From positions 5,208,001 through 5,272,000 of the forward strand of contig CM102290.1 in the NCBI GenBank assembly GCA_046563655.1: a stretch of DNA of 64,000 nucleotides, read 5' to 3'. The notes under the pieces are model-generated. The model was not told where the DNA came from and ran no database searches. It saw only the letters and a program-made list of their open reading frames with translations. This DNA is from Yuukianura sp. NJ FZ-2021 (taxonomy: Eukaryota). Position numbers and translations under genes: made by a program. Each line of letters starts with the position of its first letter. The first letter of the stretch is position 1. Below, one piece after another: positions 12,901 to 25,940 of this stretch.

Positions 12901-15900
12901 CACATCACAAAATCTATTCTTCGCCATTTTTTTTGCTAATGGATTTTTGCAAGGCACATTTGCCAATTTCCTTGTCAGTGTTTTGCAACCTCTTTTGTTT
13001 TGCATTGTTTGAGACACATTGAGTGGCAGATCTCCTAAAAATAAATGGACTCCATAACACATAACACGCGCCCTAGTTCGTCTGCCGCTGGTGAATTTTT
13101 AGCATAATTGGACCGCCTCCGGCCAACTTGGCCCAACCACTAAAAACTCATTTCCGCATGGAACATGTCACTCAAGAATTAGCACACCAATACTCAGATA
13201 CGGCGGATTTGCGATGAAACACGCTGGATTTTAACCAGTTTCGGCCAGGCTGAAACCGGGTGGCAGAAATCCCAACTTTATGACCTTGAAATTATTGATG
13301 AATTTTGTATTTTCTAATGAAGGACGAATGGTCTGCGTCTGTGCCGTTTGAGAATGTGCTAATTACTGTGCAATAATTTTTATAATTTTCATAATTTTTA
13401 TAGTTTTTATAATTTTCATAATTTTTATAATTTTCATAATTTTTATAATTTTAATAATTTTTAGGTTGTTCTACGCCGGTGCAATGGAGGGACAAATGCC
13501 AGAAATCTTAACAATGATCCAAGTGTCCAAAAGTACCCCCGCCCCTGCAGTCCTCTTTGTAGTAAGCAAAACACAGTCACAATTTGCAAAAAAAAAAAAA
13601 TGAAAAACAAAAGTTTCAAAAGAAAAGGAGTAAAATTTCTGTGTTTAATTTTTGATTTTTTTTTATCTAGGGCCTACTGTCCCTGATTTACTTGACCTCT
13701 TCAAATATTGGACTTTTGATTAACTACGTTGGGTTTGCAACATGGGTAAGGTCATTAGCAGTATAAAACTTAATAATTGTATTAATATATTTAAATATAT
13801 TAATATATTTTATTATATTAATACTTTTTGTGCAGTTGAGTATTGGAGCAGCAGTTGTTTGCATCCCCGTTCTGCGTTACTACGAGCCCAACATGCCACG
13901 ACCTATCAAGGTCAACATCATTTTTCCCATCGTCTACATTATTGCCACTGCCGTCATCACAATCGTTCCCATGTTTGCTGACCCCGTCTCAACAGGTCAC
14001 TTTTTTGAATTTTGAAAAACAAATTTTGAAACTTTTTTGAAATTTTGAAATTTTGAATTTGGATTGCAGGCTACGGCACACTTGTAATTCTGAGTGGTAT
14101 TCCAGTGTACTTGATATTTATTGCATGGAAGGACAAGCCGAAAGCAGTTCGAAATGCGATAAGTAAGTTGAGTCAAACCACAAAAGTTCCAGTGACCTCG
14201 GTTAACCCAACGTCCAAGTTGACCTCAAAATTAAGTGTCACACTTTGATTTGAATGAATTTGAAGTTAGTAAGCAGAGGCATTATCAACACGGTCACCGC
14301 AAATCACCGTTTGCGGTGGATCTTATGCTTACGAAACGAAATTGCAGTCAGACGTGTCAAAATTTGATTAGATTTTTAAAAAAGTATTTGATTAGATTTT
14401 TAATTTTCTAAAATTCTAGGAAAAATTAGTCAATTTTTATTCTTCCACGAACTTTATACTTTTATGGTCAAAATCTTTAGAGTTTTGCTCTTCCTCGAAT
14501 TTGAATTGTTTTTAATTCCATAGAAAATTTGTTGAATTTTATTTTTCCCTTGATTTTTTCTAGTTTTTTTCTAATTTTGAAATTGAAAACTAGCTGATTT
14601 TGGTTATGAATTTTTTTGAAAGTGCTGTTTTTGTTTAACTTTTTGGTTTTGTTTTGAACAGGAAGTGCGACAGTAGCACTTCAACACCTTCTGCTTGTGA
14701 CCTCACCCACGTCCTCGTCTTGTCCAAAACACTCCTTCCGGGATTCGATCCTGTTGACCCCTGGATTCGAAACCATCAATCTCATGACCCCCAGTCGCCG
14801 TCTCTCCCTCTCTGCCTCCACCATGGACAGACTCCTCCTGCCCAAAGGGGGGCAGAGCTACACTGACTTCTCTTATGTGACCCCCTCCCCCCACCCACCC
14901 ACCTCCCCCACCTCCTGGACCATCCCCCAGGTCAAGGTCACTTCACCCCCCAACTACTCCAGTCCTGATTCACCACAGGAAGCCACACAACTACTCCAAC
15001 CCACGCGCTCTAGAAGTCGAACATTGTCCAGCTCCTCACGAACTCCGGATTCAGCTCGTCCTCGTCTCTACTCCATGTGAAAACAGGGGTCAATGACCTT
15101 TGACCTTCCCATTAACTGGGGTCAATGACCTTTGACCTTCCTATTAGCTGGATCAATGACCTTTGACCTTCCTCTTATCTAAACGTATGGGGTAAATGAC
15201 CTTTGACCCTCCGTCCTACAAATTCCCTCAAATTTCAAAAATTTTGGCGCGAGGTGTCAGAAAATGTCAAAATGGTTTGAATTTTTGTTTTGTAAATTAG
15301 CATGGGTGGAGGTCAACTTTACCAAAACAAAATTCTGAAATCTTTTTGTAAATGCAGGGTGCTAGCGATTTGCATGGATTGCATGAAATCAACATTTAAA
15401 AGTATTTTTAAAAAAAGTTTCCGCGTTTTTTTTTTAATTCTCAAAAGTTAAAGTTCTTAGTTCTCTTCACCTTCTCTTTAAAATCAAATTTGTTGTAGGC
15501 TTTGTGCTTATGATTTCGCTGAACTGAAAAACCCGCAATTTTTTAAATTTTATTTTGGCAATTTTGCAATTTTTGTTTTGTTTTGTGTCGTTTCAGATGC
15601 TGGAACCGGATTTCTACAAAAACTGTTTATAGTGTTGAGGCCAAACTAAAAAATTTTACGAGATGCTTTACAGAAGTTATGCTTGAGGGTATGGCACTGT
15701 CCGTTTTCTCAATTATATTTGCCAAATTTTTTTTTACAAAAATATCTTTCAAAAAAAGTTCATTTTTTAAAAAATTACAACCTTTTGCAAAACTTGAGCT
15801 TATTTTTGCCAACCAACGCTTGTTGGTCTCTAAATTTTTTATAAGGTCAAACGTTAACATTTTGACCTTGGCGGCATGCAACGCTAAACTAGAAGAAAAC

Positions 15901-16094
15901 AAGTTCAGTAGATCAGTTAGCCCGTACTAACCACGCGTGACCTTTAGAAAATCGAGGTCAATGACCTTTGACCTAACTTTAAAATTTTAACAAAAATTTT
16001 AACTGAACTTTTTGTTTGGTTTCCAGACGTGTCGACTATCTGGTTACAGAAGTTATTCATTGTGACGCCTCCTCAGCGACCAGCCAATGTGTAG
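9950..16094 (+). CDS. SLC7 L-type amino acid transporter light chain (LAT2/y+LAT-like; resembles Drosophila CG1607 as recalled), isoform using the distal last exon
   Basis: Exon 1 9950-10427 has [20 protein letters not shown] and GADYAYI. Further exons at ~11482, 11844 ([11 protein letters not shown]), 12356, 12478 (NLPRAIAIS), 12686, 12830 ([15 protein letters not shown]), 13465, 13671, 13836 and 14070. Last exon 16027-16094 gives [22 protein letters not shown]. Confidence 0.92.
14662..15080 (+). CDS. SLC7 alternative terminal exon A (long Ser/Pro/Thr-rich cytoplasmic tail)
   Basis: Acceptor ttttgaacag at 14661. Phase-1 join gives [16 protein letters not shown]...RPRLYSM*, open for ~139 codons with coding-like composition. 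Confidence 0.7.
15597..15649 (+). CDS. SLC7 alternative terminal exon B (short tail)
   Basis: Polypyrimidine tract and tttcag acceptor at 15596. Phase-1 join gives [17 protein letters not shown], sharing LQKLFIV with the distal exon. Confidence 0.7.
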
Positions 16095-17614
16095 AAAATG
16101 AACAACTTAAGTGAAGATGAAACTCAATCACTTTTAGTTAAGGTAGTCACTTTAGCCCTGAAAAATGTTAACCATAGTTAGTTAATTACAATTAGTTTCT
16201 TCAATCATACTTTAATTAACTAAACGTAAGGTAAAAAACTATGAAAAAATCAAAGAGTCTCACATTGCCCCGGTTTTGTTTAAATAGTCAATTTAATTGT
16301 TTTGTTTAATTAACTAACTTCAGTTAACTTCCAGTAATTGTCATTTACCAATTTTTTTCTGTTATGTTGTCCAACTAAAGTTTTTTGGTCTTGCATCATT
16401 ACTTGTTTATTGACATTTATATTTAGTTTATTCATTTAGTTAGTTGAATTAAATGATTTAATTGCAGTTAAAGTTAACTTCCTTTCCATGTTTTCTGTTA
16501 CGTGTTTACTCCCAAAAAAGAAGAATTTAGATGCCGTTTTTCATTTCGTTATTAAACTTTCAAATTGGAACAAGAAACTTGTGTTCGTTTTTTGTGTTCG
16601 TTCTCACTTCGCATGTTGTTTTATTTTCATTACTAACAATCCATTCACGCTGTATTTCAACTGCTAAAATTTAAAAAAGTTATGTTCAAATACATTTGAA
16701 CAGAATTTTTTTTAAAGAACGTTATCAATGTTTGAGGGCTTCCGTACTTGCTTCATCGAAACCAAAAAAAAAAGCGAGTAAGCTGCAAAAGTTAAATAAT
16801 TCAGATTCAGAGGCATTTCCAAAATTATCAGATTAGGGCTGCATTAAAATTAAGCAGTTTAATTAATTATTATATAAATATTATATACATATATTAATTA
16901 TTAATTAATTTAATTAAGAGTTGAGCCGCACAGTTAGTGTGTGTAGAGTCCATGGGCAGAAAACTGAAAAACGACAATAATCAAAACTTCAACTGAAAAA
17001 AAAAGTGATGATCTGGAGGATCTCAGGAAACAGGAAGATTTTTACAAAAAAAATCTTCGTTTTTCAAAAACCTTATTAAAAAGGTAGACAAAAACTTATT
17101 CTTAATAAAAAAAAAAGTAGTAATGTACTAGAAAAAATATGAATTTAAAAGAATAGTCATGAGTAGTTTAAGAACTTATCAAGAATAAAAAAAATAGAAA
17201 CAAAAATTTCTGTCTTGGTCGTTACTACTAAAAAGTCAACCAAGAAAAAAAATTAAAACGAATTAAAACTGAAGCGGAATTGTATTAGTTGAACGGCCAG
17301 TTTCTCTGTAATATGAAACACCAATTTTGAACAATTTTTCTTTTATTTAGAACAAGTTTTTTTGAATTTTAAAAAAAACGCAAGTCACTAGATGGCGCAG
17401 TGTGGAGCTCCAGAAGCAAGCGGAGAAAGTTAGAAAATGTGTTTTTTTACAAAAGAAAGAAAATGCAGAGGCAGCAGAATGATAGAGGGAGCTCCAAGTT
17501 CTTTGAAATGTTCTGCAAAATCAGTTTAAACCTAAAAATTTCGAAAAGTTTAAATTCAAAATTTCTCAAAGTTTCGAATGACTTTTGACTGTAAGATAAT
17601 ATTTTACCGTATTG

Positions 17615-18293
17615 TTAAATATTGAGTGCCATTGCCCTGTAGGAGTCCAAAGCATTGGCTTCGACGTCCATGTCATTCGTCACTTTTGCTAAAAATTAAA
17701 ACAAAGTAGATAAAATGAAATGATAAAATTATGTTTTAAATAAATATTTTTTTGACTTGCGTTCGAGAGTTACGGAGCGCGTGTATAAGCGTCGATGGCA
17801 ATAGACGTAGATGGCAATGGCAATAGCAATTGCCAGCATGATCGGGAGAAAGTAGAGTAAGACCCAGTTAGGGCCATCCAGCATCACGTGGTCCACTTCG
17901 TCATTCCCCACGGGGTTTTCCGTAACCTCGATCCCCGTAACCCCGGACCCCGTGACCCCATGGGGATCATGTTTCCCCGACATGTCAACTAGGTTCAACT
18001 TCCCGTCGCGGGCCAACGACTCCAAGTACAGCAAAAGTTCAATGTCCCTACAAATACCGTAATTTCTAAAAGTTTTAAGCAATTAATTATTCTATAATTA
18101 AACTAATTATTTTATATATCAAAACATTATTATAATAACTTATTTAATTAACTAACGACTGAGTCTGGGTTTGCATATCCAAGGTCTTCCGGTCTTCGTC
18201 GTCATCTTGAACAGATTCGTCATCGGGCAACGCCGTGCCTAGCACCGCGGCAGTCCAAATCAACACAACGAAAACGGCCGTCTTTGGATTCAT
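17615..18293 (-). CDS. Small single-pass type I membrane protein of unknown function (~165 aa, 3 exons)
   Basis: Exon 1 MNPKTAVFVVLIWTAAVLGTALPDDES... (signal peptide plus acidic stretch), donor gttagt. Exon 2 DIELLLYLESLARDG...WVLLYFLPIMLAIAIAIAIYVYCHRR (TM plus basic stop-transfer). Exon 3 via a GC donor gives PKVTNDMDVEANALDSYRAMALNI*; the 3' exon join is uncertain. Confidence 0.7.
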
Positions 18294-18912
18294 TTTGAAT
18301 CAAAAAATGAAGCAAAGCAAAGTTGAAATTCTCAAAATTCAAAAACTGAAAATTTTAAATCAGTGGAAGTGGTTTCTTTAAAGGCGAAATATAACTCCTA
18401 ACTGACGCCCAGTTGAATTGCGTAGTTTTGAAAGTTAAAGGAACAATTAAATTTTCAACTTTAAATAACTTTAATTCCCAAAATTGTTTAAATTTTACTC
18501 CATGTTGTCCATTGTTCTCCAAACTTGTTGACCACTTCAGTTGAAAATCAATCATTTTTTGTATACAGTGAAAGTCGTAAAATTTCAAAAAAAAACACAA
18601 GTTTTACGACAAACTCAAACTACTTTTCGCCTCCACCTTTTCTACTTACTAAAAACTTGCCAATTGAAAAGGAAAAACTTGTTGTTGGTTTTTTCATAAT
18701 TTCATGTTTTCAAGATTTCTTAATTTTCCGGTTTCTTACTCATGAGATTCAGTTTCACTTTCTTTGAGCCTGTTTAAACATGGTTTCAAAATCGGAAGCT
18801 AATTTTCGGCTTATTTTGAGACTGGGGAAACATGAGACGGTTGAAGTAGGGCTGGAGTTGGGTTTCTCTGTTTCGTTTCTTACTTTATGCAGAATTCAAG
18901 GAGAGGAAGGAG

Positions 18913-19179
18913 CAAGGTTCCTTGACAACAAAAAATTAATTTTCTTTTACGGGTTGGCTATTACCTCGCTTGTTGACAGAAAAAAAAACAAAAATTGGTA
19001 GCAGTTTTGGTACTACCAATCTAAAATTCGGTAACAATTCGTATGAAAAATTTCAAAAATTCGGCTGTATTGTTATGGCTACGATGCCCTGAATTCAAAA
19101 GACACTTTTTCCGCAAAATCAAAAAAATAACATTAGGTATTACCCAACCTGTTAAGAAAATCCAAGTCAACAAGCCTTG
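18913..19179. mobile_element. MITE with CAAGG...CCTTG termini (P-element-like non-autonomous family), copy 1
   Basis: ~45 bp imperfect TIRs (caaggttccttgacaac...gggttggctattacct / aggtattacccaacctg...caagccttg). Flanks ggaaggag/caaagaag match 5/8. Confidence 0.7.
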
Positions 19180-22100
19180 CAAAGAAGGTTCGTTTTCTTT
19201 GGAGGGAGAAACTAATTTGAGGAGGTTGTAACTGGCCTTTTATTGAAGAAAGTGATTCTGAGAATGAGGATCTCATTATGTTTCGAAGGAAAATAGTTAC
19301 TCCCTCCAGCAGGAGCTTTCTGCTCCAAAGTGAAAGTACTTTTCGTGTCGATGGAATACCAATTTCACTTTCTCCCAAAAAAAAGCACAGCCTTTAATGT
19401 GTGTTACTAAATCCGCTCTTCCAAAAAAGAAAAAAAGTTGTCGTTTGGATGAAGAAAGAAAGTCGTGAAAGTGAAGAACCAATTTTCTCCCCTTTAATCT
19501 CTTGATTCAACTGATGTGATTCCATTGTGTCAGACTCAATTCCACCAACCAGAAGTCCCAGTGGGTACAACATGCTGGGGTCTGGTGCACTTCAACCAAA
19601 AAAGAGCCAGTGGGGGGCTGAACTTCAACCAGAGAGATCCAGATCAAATCAGATCATTAAATGGTTCCTAATTAAGTTGTGAAGATGAGATCGACGAGGG
19701 GGATAAACATCATACTGTCAAATGTGCCCATTTAAACACTACTACACTCTCCATTTAACTCAATTCAAAAATAAAAAGGGCGCGAAATTATTCGGATTTC
19801 AAAATTTTAGTTTTTTTTGTTGTTGTTTTATCTCAATTTGATCTGTCACCAGATGTTTAAAAAAAATTCTTAAAATGATTTTAAAAAATGATAAGTTTAA
19901 AAAGTCACAACCGAAATTTAAAAAGAATCAAGCGCAACTTTTCATCTTTTTTTAAAATTGAAAACTAAAGTTAAAAAACCATAAATTTATTAAGCGACGT
20001 GGAGGTTGAAGTAAACCCGTTTTTCGTTTTTGTAAATTTCATGAAAATCGGGCTAAATTTTGAAAATAAAATATGACCATCTAGAGACTCGAAAACTACC
20101 GGGCTTGAAGTGACAGTTTTCAAAATTTTGAAAATTCGTGAAACTTTTTCTTTTTTCAAAAACCCTAGAAGTGTGTGGTGACGTAACCTTTGACCTTATA
20201 TTTTTCTGTGGCCTGGAATTTTTGTTTTGTGCGGTTGTGGCTATAAGGATTTAGGAAATTCTCCAAAGACCGATAAATTAATAATGGTTGGAAGGGAAGT
20301 ATGGCCTTTTCCCGCGCCAGTTTCAAAACCACACAAAAATACCGCGCCTAAAGTGCGCAAAGAATTCCAAAGTTTTTGTGGAAATCCCAAAAGCGATATC
20401 TTTAGATTGTGATTGATTGCCCTCTTCCCATTGTCCATTTCACTCCCAATCTGTTCACCTCTGGTCCCTCCACATTCCACAAGGACTTTCACTCGAGGGC
20501 CCTCAAGTCCCCTCCTCCTTTTCGTTTTACTCAAAAACTAACTTTTATTAACAAATTTCGAAATTTTGAGATCTAAAATTCAGATTTTAAACATTTTTTT
20601 AATTTTTCAAACTCAGTTTTTTAGGCCAAACGCTTGGAAGGTTTTACCAAAACGGCGTACACGTCTATTATCACAGCTGCTAAAAGTATTTTATTAACAT
20701 TTTTATAAAAATATTAAAACAAATTCTCTTAAATTGCTTAGAAATTACTACATGAAACTTATGCTTTTTAGCGATTTTTCTGAATTTTAAAATAATGTTT
20801 TTTTCTCAATTTTTTTAAAAATTGAGCACATCGGAAACTGCAATTTGTTGAAGATGTAAAATTGAAATCGATTGAAATTAAAAGCCTTTTTCCGTCTCCC
20901 TTTCCTTTGAAAACGTAATCATAATTATTGATGATGGACCGTTGTTGTGTTGAGCTAAGCCTAAAATCCCTCCATCTGGCCACCCCCATTCAGCAGCAGC
21001 AGGGGACTAGAGAGTGTATTGCTTTGGAGGGGCCGACGGTTCGAGTCTCCGTCTCGGCAAAACAGAAAAAAAGCCCATTTTGAACTTTTTTCATTATGAC
21101 ACAACAGATAGAACTTACAAGACCATCAGAAGTGGAGAATCAAAAGGGTGGTGTGGGTTAAGACTTTTCTCGGTTCAAATCCGAAGGGGTGGGGGTCTGG
21201 ATGAGAGGGGGGGGGGGTCTATGGCTTTTTCAATAGGGATTTAAGGGAGGGCCCTTGAATTACTTGGAGAGTGATTTAGGAAAAGTACTTTTTAAGTCCC
21301 CCCCCCCTGCTTGGGGGGGGGGGGCTTAAGGGAAAAAGTCCTCCCCAATGAGTTGATAATAGGAAAATATTGTGTCTGGGACTTTGGGATCTATTAAACG
21401 ATCATACTTTTACTATTACATCATCGCCTTTCCCTCAACCCCCCCCCCACCTCCACCCCTCGTGTTATGTACAAAGTACGCAACCAGTAATTGGGGGGGG
21501 GGTTCAACAATTTACACTTTTTGAGTACCCTGGTCATAAAACTCACTCTCAAGTACAGTATAAGAGTCCTCTTAATTAAAATGGAAGATGATCGATGTAA
21601 TTGGAATCATGATGCGGGAACATTCAAAAAAACTGAAACTTTGTTTTCTTCTCTCATTTTTAAAAAAGGCGCTCTTAAAAGTCATGCATAGTCGCGTGTC
21701 TCCGTTCAAGTGGACTTTATTATTGTTGTTCTTGTTGAAAATGAGTCCCAGCCGCTCTAATAACTATTGCTAACAAGTTTATTTAATTTCTCCCGCCAAA
21801 AGAGGTCGACCGTCATTAAGTTCAAATGGGCTGAGAACATGAGTGGGCGGCGGTGGACGTCCACAATTTATGAAGTATCTCCCATGTAATCTTCCTGTCA
21901 CAACGCTCACACGCGCCTAACCTAACTTTCACCCTACTTCAACTTTTCCCGGGGCAAAAGGCACCTAATTTTGTGCTAATTACCCCGTCACAACTCAATA
22001 ACAGACAAAGTTCGGAGCGGTTTGTTCAAATTTTGGTTAATTACTGAACTAAGCTTTGTGTTTAATGAAAAGTGAGACTGGGGTAACTTGAGACTAAACT

Positions 22101-24983
22101 TGTCAGACAAGATTTTCAAAGTGGGTGGCAGGGGGGGTTAATTAACCCCCCCCCCTTTTTCGGAAAAACTTTGTGAGCCTGAGGAAAAAAACAGAATTGA
22201 TTTTTTAAGTAAAAAAAATAGTTGACCTTTGAGTTTTTCGGGGTCAGAGTTTCAAAATTTTGTTTTTGTTTGATCCATTAACGTTGTTTACAAGTTTGCA
22301 AATTAGGAACTTCATGACCTGACACAACTTATGCATTGGCATCACTCTTGAAAAAAAAAGTAAACAAACGAATTAATTACCTTCACTTCCAGAAGTCTTT
22401 GACTAATTTTAAAAATTTCGAGTGAAACGACGTTTCGATTCTCAAAAGCAAACTTTGGTGAAGGTCTTTTTGAAAAACTTTACAAAAAAAAAACGAGGTA
22501 AAGTGAATTCATTTCCAAAAATTATGAGCTCCCTTTCGTTTTTACTTTAGTGAAAATTATGATCTTGAACATGAGATAATTTCAATGATCTCCAAAAGTT
22601 ATTGACAGTAAAATGAAAGTTTCAGTTAGAAAGTTTCAATTTGGGAAATTAATTGAGTGGCGAGAAAGATGCGCAGAGGGTTGAAATGCGCATGTCTCGT
22701 TCTGTTTCAACTCACCCTCAAAAACTCTAATGTTTTTTGAACATGGAAGTCAGGTGAGTGGCTCATCTCCCCTCAAAACGGTCTCTCCTTAATTGAATTG
22801 CTCTCAAATTAAACACCATCTGGACCTACTCATTATAAACTTCGTTTTTCAAAATTTTACATTTCAAAAAAGTTCAGAACCATTTTTGAACATTTTGAAA
22901 ACTGCTCAAACCCACCCCACATGTACCCAAATGCACAGTAGAAATGCGGAATACCAAAAGTTTTCAGAAAAACTAGAATTTGGCAATTTCGAAAAAGGAG
23001 AAATAAGTCAACTGAAAGTTTGTTTGAAAGAGATGAATTTGGGACCAAAAGTGAAAAAATGTGGTAGGGGGGGGGTTGAAGTTTTGAATGGTTGAGGGGG
23101 GGGGGTGAAAATTTTGAAAGGGGGTGAGAATTTGAAGGGAGGTGAAAATTTGAAGGGGGGGGGGGTTGAAGATTTGGCTATGTGTTTGCTCATTGGGACT
23201 ATTTGTGGAGTGGGAGTAGTTTGTGAGACTAAAGTCATCAAGCGAAATGTTAGGTTAGTCTTTTTCTCATTTCCCGGAATAAGTTCCTTAGGATTTGGCG
23301 GTAGTTGGAGGTGATGACTTTGTGACTTTGGAGTGACTTTGTGACTTTGGAGTGACTTTTGGTTGGCCGAAGTGTTGTCACTCAACTTGGAACAAATCCG
23401 ACCTGAGGAGTGAGTCAAATGGAAAATGGGAGAAAGTTCCCATTTTCTTTCCCTTCAAAGTCACGCTCTCCTCCCTTTCTCCCAATCCGAATCAAAAAGT
23501 TTGAATCTTCCCGCAAAGTCCTAACATGTCACACGCCATCACTCCCAAATTTACTATTCTACCGCAGTCACCTCCATTTCTCAAGATACATTTCAATCCA
23601 AAATTACTTTCTCCAAACTCATCTCCATTCCACGAACCTCTGCTCCCAAATTCAAAAAACTCAATTTCAGAATTCCACAAAACTCAAAAACTCAATTTCA
23701 AATTTACTTCTTCTCAAAATTCCAAATAAACTTTCCCGTTTCTTAAAAGTTGACAGAAACACACACTTCCAAAAACGAAAAAAAAAACTAAACGCACCTA
23801 ACAAAAAATTTTTTTTTGTTTAACATTTGACGAAAAAGTTACACAAAAAGAAAATTTGAAGAATTAATGTTTGAGCCAAAGTAGAAAAGTAGAGGGAGAG
23901 GAGGAAAATTTGCTATTTATTTGTTTAAAAAATTATTATTAGTTTTTGTTTTTTTAATAAAATTATTACTATGTTATGTTTTTTTTATAAAGTTATGATT
24001 AGGTTATGTTTTTGATAGAGTTGTAGAGGTTACTGCGATTTGAATTGGATCGGAATGAAAATAGAGGGGAGTGGAGCATATAATAGGATTTTGAAGTTTT
24101 TAAAACCCTATGGGGGGAAAACAAAGACATTTTGGGTGTGGTGGAATTTTTTTGAAGAAATTTTTTTTTCAAGAAAAACTTTTTTTTTTGAAAACTAAAG
24201 CAGCACATGATAGGTTCCGTAGATTTTTTGAGAGGAAGGAGGTTTAAGGCTTTAGACTCTGATGATGGCATAGGAGAAGGGTTGAAGTAAGGCTTATGTT
24301 GTTAGGATTTTGACTCCCAACGATGGATTTATTGTAACAGCATTTTAGCATGCAATCCAAATCCTAAGGATCCTCTCTAGATCCCAATCGACTTTGGAAC
24401 TTCGAAACACACACTACTTCCTCCCAAGGTGGAGGGGGAGGAGGAGGAGGAGGGAGGAGGAGGAGGGAAAGTGGAGAAAATTCGAATTTGGGAGGAAAAC
24501 GGAGGACTTTCTCCATCTGCTCTCTTTTTTTCTTTGGATTGGAAGTCTTTCCTCCATTTCCTTCTCTTTTTTTTACACTTTGGCGCTCTCCAAAGACTTC
24601 AATCTTGTGTTGAATGGCCTCAGAAGCGTCTTCTATTTTCTCTTCACAATTTCAAAAGTCCTTTCCATTTCCCTCCAAAAAGTCCCCCTCTCTCTCTTCG
24701 TAGCTTCAATTACCACTTCCAATCTTCTCGCGCTCTCAATTCAAATGCTTTTTCCCTCCCAAAACCATTCCCCCGCCCCTCTTTTTTCGTTTTCCCACAA
24801 ATTTTAGACGCCTTACCTTCTCCAAGGTCCAAGGCAACAAAATCTTCTTTTCAAAATTCTCAACTTTCTCTTTTCTTACCAAAACTTTCACTTTTTCGTC
24901 ACAATTCATCACTTTATTACTAAAAAAAGCAACATTTTCAGTGCAAATCAGTTCCTTTCAAAGTGGCGGGAGATGGAACGAAC

Positions 24984-25241
24984 CAAGGTTCCTTGACAAC
25001 GAAATGTTAATTTTCCTTAACAGGTTGAGCACTACCTTGCTTATGGACAAAAAACAACGAACAAAAGTATAAATTGGTACCAATCCCAAAAACTGGTCCA
25101 TCTCAACCGTTTCGTTTGCAAAATTAAAAAAAATTGTTGTTTTGTTATATCTACAATACCCGGAAATAAAAAAGTTGCAAAATCAAAATAGTTTGAGGTA
25201 TTACCCAACCTGCTAAAGAAAATCAAAGTCAATAAACCTTG
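24984..25241. mobile_element. CAAGG MITE copy 2
   Basis: Same TIRs as copy 1. Flanking 8-mers gaacgaac / gaacgaag match 7/8, consistent with an 8-bp TSD. Confidence 0.8.
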
Positions 25242-25749
25242 GAACGAAGGTTTAAAAAATAAATTCATTTGTAATTTGGAGCGGGAGTTTGTTAAGACGT
25301 AAATTGGATGGATTTTGGAGCTGGAAATTAAGGGTGAGCACTTAAGCATCTCTTTTGTCATTCAATCTGTGATGAGACTGAAAAGGAAAGTTGAGACTTT
25401 CACTTCTTGTACTTTGTACTAACTTGTTCCACCTAACTTAATGTGTTCAGTGGATGTATAAAGTGTGTATTTCGGTGTAGAATGTATATTTGGTTGCTGG
25501 ATTCAGTTTCTTCCTTAAAGGCATCACAAATGCACCGCAGAAAAGGAACAAAGGAGAACAAAAGGATTTTGGCTTAAATTAGTTTCAAAAACAAATCCAA
25601 AAGAAAGAGCGCCAAACACGTTGGAAATTAAAGCAGGACGCGCCTTTAGCGCATAATTCAAATTCTTCCCTAGAAGACTCTCACCCACTTCCTCCAATTT
25701 CACTGATTCTTAACTCAAACTAGAACTGTGAAATTTCGAAAGTTTCCAC

Positions 25750-25940
25750 GCAATTGTGTCAACTACCATTTCATCAACAGGAATTGTATCAACACCAAAT
25801 GTGTCAGCAGCTACTCGTGTCAACGAATGCATCCAATCCTAATGTAATATCAATTAAGCATCACACGTTGACACAATTATCTGTTGACAGGATTCAGTTG
25901 ATACAATCTTTGTTGCTGCAATTCAGTTGACCCAATTTGA
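25750..25940. repeat. Foldback-like element: gt(g/a)tcaac units followed by their inverted gttga(c/t)ac units
   Basis: caattgtgtcaac, aattgtatcaac, gtgtcaac on the left; gttgacacaatt, gttgatacaat, gttgacccaatt on the right. Confidence 0.5.

Noticed and set aside
23008..24923. Several 130-165 aa ORFs on both strands
   Set aside because: Low-complexity G- or T/C-rich sequence with no recognisable domain or splice-consistent structure.
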